NCBI GenBank assembly: GCA_963675785.1 | Contig: OY776562.1 | Coordinates: 1,472,001 to 1,536,000 of the forward strand | Length of the DNA: 64,000 nt | Direction: 5' to 3' | Source: Anaerolineae bacterium | Lineage (GTDB): Bacteria > Chloroflexota > Anaerolineae > UBA1429 | In this document: positions 57,502 through 64,000 of the stretch, one piece after another | How positions within the stretch are numbered: the stretch's first letter is position 1 | How the letters are laid out: each line of letters opens with the position of its first letter | Notes under the pieces: model-generated | Seen by the model: only the letters and a program-made list of their open reading frames with translations | Database searches by the model: none | What the model was told of the DNA's origin: nothing | Made by a program: the position numbers and the translations under genes

Positions 57502-59371
57502 CGATCCGCTCTCCGACCCTCATCGCGTCACCCTCAGCGGCGAGCTACGCCCCCGTTCGCCCGGCTGTTACACCGCTCTGCTCATCCGCGCCTGCACCGC
57601 CAACGGCCTCACCTTTGGCCCCCAGGTGCTGCGCCTGGCCGCGCCCCTCTTTGAGGGCGTCCCCGCCTTTGTAGATCACGCCCCGGGCGGCCGCTCCGTC
57701 CGCGATATGGCCGGCCTCTTCGACGCCGTCTACTACGATGACGACGCCCAGGCCGTCTATGGTCGCCTCAAGCTCTTCCCTCAGGCTGCTTGGCTGGGCG
57801 AGATGGCCTCCGAGGTCGCCAATCCCGCCATCTTGGGGCTTTCCGCCGTGCTCTGGGTTCAGCGCGATCGCCAAAATCCGGCTCATGTGGCCCGTATCGA
57901 ATCCGTCGAATCCTGCGATATCGTCGTGCGCCCCGCCGCTGGTGGAGCCATCCTAGCCCCACAGCCCACACCGCCCGCACCCGCCGCCTCAGCCCTTGCC
58001 CAAGGAGAAGTTATGTCAACAGAAAACCCCGCCGAATCCGTCCCGCAGCAACCCGAAACCGACGCCCTGCGTCAACTCGCTCGTGAGAACGCTCGCCTCA
58101 AGATCGAGGCCAGCGGCCTGCCCGAACCCCTGCGCGTCCGCCTGCAGCTGCGCTATCTGCCGCCCCAGTCGGTCCAGGGCACGCCCGAACCCGCCCAACC
58201 CCTCGATGCCGCCATCGCCGAGGCCCGCGAGGCCCTGGCTGCCGCCACCGAATCCCAAACCGTCCGCCACTTGGGGCCTCTCTCCACCATGCGCACCCCG
58301 CTGGATCGCATCGAGGCCGCCTTTGGTCAGCTCATGGGCCTCCCCCAAACCACTTCCGAGGCCGATGTGGCCCATCTCAGCGGCATCCGCGAGCTCTACG
58401 ATACCCTCACTGGCGATTGGGAGCGCCGCGGCCTCTTTGTGCCCCAGCGCGTCACCCTGGCCAACGCCACCACCACAACCATGGCCGAAGTCACCCGCAA
58501 CGTCCTCAACAAGGCCCTGCTCCAGGCCTACAACCGCCGCCCCCACTGGTGGCAGCCCCTCGCCCACGAGGAAGATTTCGCCACCCTCCAGCCCGTGCGC
58601 TGGATCGGCCTGGGCGGCTTTAGCGATCTCTCTCCCGTCGCCGAAGGTGCCGCCTACACCGAGCAAACCTGGGACGACACCGCCGAGACCGCCAGCTTTG
58701 TCAAAACCGGCAACTACATCGGCATCACCCTGGAAATGATCGACCGCGACGACGTGGCCGCAGTGCGCGCCATCCCCCAAAAGCTCGGTCTCGCCGCCTG
58801 GCGAACCCTCAGCAGCGCCGTCTCTGCCCTCTTTACCGCCAACGAGGGCCTCGGCCCCGTCCTTAGCGATTCCCACAACCTCTTCGATGCCGCCCATCAC
58901 GGCAACCTGGCCAGCGCTGCCCTCTCCGCCGATAACTGGCAGGCCACCACCGAGGCCATCTTCAAGCAGAGCGAGTACGGTTCGGCCAAGCGCCTCGGTG
59001 TGCGTCCGCGCTACTGCCTCATCCCCATCGAACTCGAGCGCACCGCTCTAGAAATCTTTACCTCCGACGTGGTACCTACAGAGAGCGCCTTTTATCGCAA
59101 CGTGCTCCGCCGCGGCGCAGATAGCGTCATCGTCGTGCCCGAATGGACCGATGCCGTCAGTTGGGCTGCTGCCGCCGATCCCGCCGATCTCGAGAGCGTC
59201 TGCATCGGCTATCGCTACGGTCGCGCCCCCGAGCTTTTTGTCGCCGATTCGCCCCTCATGGGCAGCATGTTCACCAACGACGAGATGCGTATCAAAGTGC
59301 GCTTTGTCTACGCCCTGGGCGTAGCAGACTATCGCGCCCTCTTCAAGCACAACGTCAGCAGCGGATCCTAA
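57494..59371 (+). CDS. Prohead protease-like domain fused to a Mu gpT-like (HK97-fold) major capsid protein
   Basis: AGGAG RBS, overlaps the portal stop. N-terminal FVDH..GLS..SCDIV..PAAGG (prohead protease-like). C-terminal V.EGAAY, G..IGITLEMIDRDD, PRYCLIP.ELE, KVRFVYALGVADYR (gpT-like). Confidence 0.82.
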   Translation: MTNDPLSDPHRVTLSGELRPRSPGCYTALLIRACTANGLTFGPQVLRLAAPLFEGVPAFVDHAPGGRSVRDMAGLFDAVYYDDDAQAVYGRLKLFPQAAWLGEMASEVANPAILGLSAVLWVQRDRQNPAHVARIESVESCDIVVRPAAGGAILAPQPTPPAPAASALAQGEVMSTENPAESVPQQPETDALRQLARENARLKIEASGLPEPLRVRLQLRYLPPQSVQGTPEPAQPLDAAIAEAREALAAATESQTVRHLGPLSTMRTPLDRIEAAFGQLMGLPQTTSEADVAHLSGIRELYDTLTGDWERRGLFVPQRVTLANATTTTMAEVTRNVLNKALLQAYNRRPHWWQPLAHEEDFATLQPVRWIGLGGFSDLSPVAEGAAYTEQTWDDTAETASFVKTGNYIGITLEMIDRDDVAAVRAIPQKLGLAAWRTLSSAVSALFTANEGLGPVLSDSHNLFDAAHHGNLASAALSADNWQATTEAIFKQSEYGSAKRLGVRPRYCLIPIELERTALEIFTSDVVPTESAFYRNVLRRGADSVIVVPEWTDAVSWAAAADPADLESVCIGYRYGRAPELFVADSPLMGSMFTNDEMRIKVRFVYALGVADYRALFKHNVSSGS

Positions 59372-59383
59372 GGAGGTAGGTTC

Positions 59384-59557
59384 ATGGAACTGTTTACCGG
59401 CACCTGGTGGCAAGAGCTCCTCGTCCAGTTGGTCATCGCCATCCTCACCACCGTGGTGGGCATGCTCACCTACGAGGCCCGCGTCGCCGCCCCGCGAGAT
59501 CAGCAGCGCCAGGAGGAGATCGACTCCCTCACCCGCCGCACCGATCACACCCTCTAG
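59384..59557 (+). CDS. 57-aa single-TM protein (holin-like or membrane anchor)
   Basis: AAGGAGGT RBS overlapping the capsid stop; MELFTGTWWQELLVQLVIAILTTVVGMLTYEARVAAPRDQQRQEEIDSLTRRTDHTL*. Confidence 0.7.
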   Translation: MELFTGTWWQELLVQLVIAILTTVVGMLTYEARVAAPRDQQRQEEIDSLTRRTDHTL

Positions 59558-59727
59558 CCCTCCCCCTCTCCTCAGCGTCCGGCTGCCCCCACAGCCGGAC
59601 GCTCCCCTTATCGCCAACATCCTCGCCGCCCAACAAAACACGGACCCCGAACGCCCATCAGCGTCCAAGGTCCGTGTAATGTTATTCTAGTTGTAGGCGG
59701 CGAGTTCCCTAATGCCGCCCCCTCTCC

Positions 59728-60975
59728 TTAGGGAAAGTTCTCCGGGTCGACTCTATCGGTGCCCACCGTGCCGCCAGCCACGCCGTACAGCGTAACCTCC
59801 CAGGCGGTGTACTGGGTCGAAGTCGTCTCAAAGGGAATCGTGGTGTCCATCTTTTGGTAGCTGGCGTTCCGCGTAAAGCGATACGTCTCCGCGCTGAAAT
59901 CCTCGCCCTTGCTGTAAAAGAGCAAATAAGTCCCGTCGACGATGCCGGTCATGTTGAATGACTCTCCGGCCCGAATATAGGCCGTCTTCACCGCCGCCTC
60001 ATCCATATTGGTGAGAATCACCAGCGCATCCGAGTCGGTGCCATTCTTGATGAGCAGTTCACCGGCGCCGCCAGGTGCATTGTCCACCAGCATCCCTGTA
60101 CCCGGCCTAAAGGGCGGCAGGGGTGTATTCGTCGGTTCCGGCGTAGAGGTCGGCGTCGGGCTGGGCCCCGGCGTCACGGTTGGCGTTGACGTCGGTGTAA
60201 GCGTCGGCGTCGGCGCGATCGCGGTCAGGTGCGCCACCTCGGCAGCCATGTCCGCTGCATCCTGAAAGACAACCTCGCTGTACGTAACAGGCTCGCCGTT
60301 GCCGCGCGTGGCCAGCCCGATATAGCCCTCGCGATTGATATCTGGCCCGAGCGGCGCCCTGGCTACCAGTTGCCGATCGATGAAAAGCCAGGCCTCGTCA
60401 TCCGTCACCCGAATGGCCACCAAACAGCTGTCGGCCACCATGAGCAGCTCCTCGTTCTGCACCAGCCACGCAACCTCGGAATCATCGATCGAATTGGCAC
60501 AGATGGCCTGCCCGTACCCGCCTATATCAAAGATCAGGCACCCGGGCGACCACCCCTCTCCGTCGCCGTAGGCCACAATGATCGCCTCGCCGCTGCCCAG
60601 CCAGTCGCTCTCCACGGTCGCTTCAAGGGTAAATGGCCCTTCGACGATCTGCTCCGACCAGGCGAAAGCCTCATCCTCGCCCTCGGTAGCGTAGGTGCTG
60701 TCCTCGTTGGTCCACAGGCTGCCACCCGTATTAAAGGACAGCGAACCAGATTGGGCCACTTCCGGCGCCACCGTAGGTTCCGTTGTCGCAGTGGCAACCC
60801 TCTTCTCCGCCGTAGGCTGCGTGGTAGCTGTGACGGCTCTGTCCACCACTGCCGTTTCGCCACCAGCATCACAGCCGGTCAGCATACCAAGCAGCAGGCC
60901 CAGCATCATGAGCTGGACGAGCGCGCGCCTTGTTAGCACGCCCCGCCAATGGCAAGAGAGTTTTGGCATGGTCAT
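59728..60975 (-). CDS. Two-domain lipoprotein with Pro/Thr linker
   Basis: Lipobox LTGC, lectin-like beta domain, PTPTLTPTSTPT linker, C-terminal beta domain. Confidence 0.75.
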   Translation of the reverse strand: MTMPKLSCHWRGVLTRRALVQLMMLGLLLGMLTGCDAGGETAVVDRAVTATTQPTAEKRVATATTEPTVAPEVAQSGSLSFNTGGSLWTNEDSTYATEGEDEAFAWSEQIVEGPFTLEATVESDWLGSGEAIIVAYGDGEGWSPGCLIFDIGGYGQAICANSIDDSEVAWLVQNEELLMVADSCLVAIRVTDDEAWLFIDRQLVARAPLGPDINREGYIGLATRGNGEPVTYSEVVFQDAADMAAEVAHLTAIAPTPTLTPTSTPTVTPGPSPTPTSTPEPTNTPLPPFRPGTGMLVDNAPGGAGELLIKNGTDSDALVILTNMDEAAVKTAYIRAGESFNMTGIVDGTYLLFYSKGEDFSAETYRFTRNASYQKMDTTIPFETTSTQYTAWEVTLYGVAGGTVGTDRVDPENFP

Positions 60976-61205
60976 GGCCTACCTTATCCTGTCTGTGCGG
61001 TTGTTCCCTGTTCGTAGCCGGTCATTCCCTTGGCCCGATAGCACGAGCCTCCGAGATACTAGCGCTTGAGCCGAGCCGAGTCAATACCGAGCGCCATGCC
61101 CTGCACCAGAAAACCTTAACTTTAACGTGGTTTTTATAGAGCACTTCTTATCGCAACCTGCTCCGTCGAGGAAGTGAGTGCGGCGGTGACTTGCGGGGCT
61201 TCAGA

Positions 61206-61529
61206 TCAGGCTCGGCGATAGGTCGCGCCTCTAGTGAATAAGGGATCATCAGGTGTCGGAGTGGGTTCCCCGTCAACAATGACGTATCCCTGAGCCTCCA
61301 TCACCTGCCTGATTAAATGCCCCGTGAATAGCCTGACCCGATGCTGCTTGACAGGCTCGCCACAGATAGCCAGCAGCAACTGTCCAACGGCCCCAGCAGC
61401 GGGCTGTCTGGCGTCTGAAGCATCTGTCATCCTTTTGACGATATCAGGCCAAGTGAGGAATGCCCAGAGTCGATCTCCCCATTCGGGTGCTACATCAGTA
61501 AAAGAAGCAATGTCATAATCGTAAGTCAT
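61206..61529 (-). CDS. Hypothetical protein
   Basis: AAGGAG RBS; 107-aa ORF. Confidence 0.65.
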   Translation of the reverse strand: MTYDYDIASFTDVAPEWGDRLWAFLTWPDIVKRMTDASDARQPAAGAVGQLLLAICGEPVKQHRVRLFTGHLIRQVMEAQGYVIVDGEPTPTPDDPLFTRGATYRRA

Positions 61530-61613
61530 CGTGCTGTTTACTCCTTTTGCTTTTCTCTGCTCAACCCGAGCAAAGCGTCAGACAATCTCGTCAATATGCC
61601 AAGTACAAAAATC

Positions 61614-64000
61614 CTAATCAGATGATTCGGATGTAGCAGGTGGGGGAAAAAATGCGTCGCCACAAATGCAGTAGAGCCGATTTTTGTCAGAGTTAAACTT
61701 CAAAAGTTTTCCGCACGAACAACAGCAGAAAAGCTTGGTAAATTCGATAAAATTTTCCCAAACGTACTTCACATCACCAATGGCTGGCCACGCGTAAGGA
61801 TTGGCTTGATAGTGGCTGTAGTAATTTATGATCGAAACAGCCGACAGCCGTTTATATGCGTTTGAAGTAAATACAATATCCTTGAATCTAGGATTCAGAG
61901 TCTTTACCCGTGTAAGAAATGGTTCCCAATAGTCAAAGAGAGTACGCTGATAGTCGTGAGGCCCTCTTTTATGAGGGGTATATGCATCGTACTTCGCACA
62001 CATTTCGTCAAACCAATCTTCCATATACTGTCGAACTGCATTTCCAGCGATCTGTGAGTCCCCATCGTTTATAAGCCTAGAGATCTCATCACAGGTAACA
62101 ATCTCGGACTCCCTCCTTGGGCCCAGATCGAACTCATAACCTGTAATCCTGTCGAAACGCCAGTTTTCGCTCTGGAGTCTTTGTTTCAAATGTGTGAAGA
62201 ATCTTTCATCGTGAGTAGTGAGAAAAATCTGGAATCCCTGCATATACTCGGCTAACAGATCTACGATTCGGGCTCTGTTATCGGCATCGTATGAAGACAC
62301 GATGTCATCCAGAACGAGAAATGGAAAAGTCTTGTTGAACCGGCGCACAGCACTAAGGAAGAGAGCCAAACCAAGCGTGTTAATCTGGGATTCACTTAGG
62401 TATCCGGCTGGTGGAACAACACGATCATCGGAATGGAAGCTCACTCGAAAAGTCAGATCCCTTTTTGCCGCATCTATCCCAATATGAACATGAGGAACTG
62501 CTTCATCCGGATATATTTGCTTATATATGTATTCCACCTCACTCCTGAGTAGCGCCACAGCATCTTCCGTAAGTGCTTTCGCCTGCGTACGTATTTCGTC
62601 GGCGACTTGTCCAAACTGTTGTTCCACTTCCCTGACTGCCGCTTCACGTCTTTGTAGTGTTTCAATCTTTTGAATCGCTTCATTCAGAGCCTGTAGGTTG
62701 GCGATTGAGGTACCAATCGGCAAAGTAACTTGAGAAGCCACCTCTTCAGGCATGCTATCCAACGCTTGCGGTATCTGTGTATGCACAAACTGATCACAGG
62801 AAGAGTAGAAGTTAGTGAATTGCGAAGTCAGTTCCTGCAAATTTTTGTCGCTCTTCATCATCTGTTCACAAGTAGTATGAAGCTGTGAAGCTTGACTGAC
62901 AACCTGAGGGAGCGAAAGAGTTTCAGCCAATTGATTGACCTGTAGTAGCCCACTGTCAAGAGCTGTAAGTGTATCTTGCAAGTTTTTCCGTTCCGTCAAG
63001 CATCGTTTACTGACAGCCTCGAATTCAGCCAATTCGTCCAAGCTAACGGAAAGAGCAACGCAAGCATCATCAAGTGAGCCTACTTTAGTTTTCTCCCAAG
63101 GAGTCTGACACACAGGACAAACCTTAGGCTTTTCAGAATTCAACAAGTCTTGGGCAGCTTGCCAGACTTCCCGAAACACGCTTTGACTCGCTTCGCTTTG
63201 GGCCTGGTCTCTATCCTGTTCAGCCTTTAGACTTTGAGAAAATGTGGATTCAAGCTTGCGAATAATACTAGGGAGTGCGCCAGCTTTTTCCCCTAGTTGT
63301 CTCTTTGTTTGAACAGCCCTAGCACCCTTAGATTGCTGAACGATCTCTTCTCGGCGCTTATTTAGCAACTCGATCAGTTCAGGAATTGTCTTCGCCACAT
63401 CCTGAGGCGTAAATTTCTCTAGATGCTTTTCAGCTTCTGCCGTGCACCAGTTGAGAATTCCCTGCAAGTCAAAGGTCGAGACAGCTTCCAAAGTATGAGA
63501 ACGGATGCTATCTAGATGCTCTGAAATCTCCCGATCTAATCCTGCGTTTTTTAGCGTGTTTTGCGTTGTTTTCAGATGTGTAAGTATGTTATCAATATCC
63601 TCTATACCTATCCATTGAGAAAACTCGCTGAACTTCTCGCTGGGTGACATATCCACAACAAAATGGCGAAGGTCATGTTGACGTAAGATATTGTAGGCAG
63701 GAGCTTGCGCTAGGACTGTATCAATCTCTCCCGGTCTAGGATCAACCCTACCCGTTTGAATAGGACGTTTTGCGAATAGTCTGTCTCGGGTTTCCGTATT
63801 AATGAATTCGATAGATACCTCTGGAGCTATGCCCTTTTCTTCTGCCAACACGTGAGGGATTGCATGTTTTCCACCAAGTTCACTGTCCGCCCCTCCCTTT
63901 CCAAGATGCTTGACCTCGCCATCAAGCGAGAACATGTACTCAATGGCATCAGCATATCCACTTTTTCCGCATCCATTTGGACCAAAAATCGCAATTGAAA
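61614..64000 (-). CDS. SMC/Rad50-like ABC ATPase with Zn-hook and C-terminal HEPN-like/Zn-ribbon region (5' end outside the window)
   Basis: The frame extends to the window edge: SIAIFGPNGCGKSG (Walker A). CPVC in the coiled coil, YLSESQ signature, LVLDD Walker B, LTTHD; C-terminal NYYSH and CCSC..CICG. Confidence 0.85.
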   Translation of the reverse strand, partial: SIAIFGPNGCGKSGYADAIEYMFSLDGEVKHLGKGGADSELGGKHAIPHVLAEEKGIAPEVSIEFINTETRDRLFAKRPIQTGRVDPRPGEIDTVLAQAPAYNILRQHDLRHFVVDMSPSEKFSEFSQWIGIEDIDNILTHLKTTQNTLKNAGLDREISEHLDSIRSHTLEAVSTFDLQGILNWCTAEAEKHLEKFTPQDVAKTIPELIELLNKRREEIVQQSKGARAVQTKRQLGEKAGALPSIIRKLESTFSQSLKAEQDRDQAQSEASQSVFREVWQAAQDLLNSEKPKVCPVCQTPWEKTKVGSLDDACVALSVSLDELAEFEAVSKRCLTERKNLQDTLTALDSGLLQVNQLAETLSLPQVVSQASQLHTTCEQMMKSDKNLQELTSQFTNFYSSCDQFVHTQIPQALDSMPEEVASQVTLPIGTSIANLQALNEAIQKIETLQRREAAVREVEQQFGQVADEIRTQAKALTEDAVALLRSEVEYIYKQIYPDEAVPHVHIGIDAAKRDLTFRVSFHSDDRVVPPAGYLSESQINTLGLALFLSAVRRFNKTFPFLVLDDIVSSYDADNRARIVDLLAEYMQGFQIFLTTHDERFFTHLKQRLQSENWRFDRITGYEFDLGPRRESEIVTCDEISRLINDGDSQIAGNAVRQYMEDWFDEMCAKYDAYTPHKRGPHDYQRTLFDYWEPFLTRVKTLNPRFKDIVFTSNAYKRLSAVSIINYYSHYQANPYAWPAIGDVKYVWENFIEFTKLFCCCSCGKLLKFNSDKNRLYCICGDAFFPPPATSESSD

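Noticed and set aside
56121-59668. Pro/Arg-rich and antisense ORFs overlapping the portal and capsid genes
   Set aside because: By-products of extreme third-position C bias.
52037-64000. An intact prophage spanning the right end
   Set aside because: No integrase, terminase, tail, replication or lysin genes were recognised; host-type repeats and lipoproteins are interspersed.

Overview
Bacterial chromosomal window, probably Chloroflexota/Anaerolineae. This is inferred from the Pro/Thr-linker lipoproteins and a C-terminal 'FIPLILR' tail; it is not proven. 1-4.7 kb: two tandem LVIVD-repeat secreted proteins and a heparinase II/III-like lyase. 4.9-24.8 kb: a polymorphic toxin locus. It has a signal-peptide-bearing 2065-aa Rhs/YD protein ending in an HExxH metallopeptidase tip, two orphan Rhs-core cassettes (one with a homologous HExxH tip), and eight paralogous membrane-anchored ~390-aa beta-propeller-like proteins plus a relic (likely poly-immunity array). 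25-40 kb: transport and metabolic genes (anion permease, two sulfatases, chagasin-type inhibitor, polar amino-acid ABC transporter, GT-C glycosyltransferase, flavodoxin-like protein, ADP-ribosylglycohydrolase). 40.6-56.3 kb: modular REP/BIME-like hairpin repeats, a duplicated citrate synthase, duplicated lipoproteins, RidA, DUF488, and an AT-rich island with a two-gene operon (unknown protein plus small RelA/SpoT alarmone synthetase). 56.3-59.6 kb: an isolated three-gene phage-head module (portal, protease-major capsid fusion with an internal start, small membrane protein), with no terminase, tail or integrase nearby. The window ends in a Rad50/RloC-like Zn-hook ATPase. No rRNA, tRNA, CRISPR array or transposase was recognised. 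All family assignments come from motif recognition by eye, not database searches.
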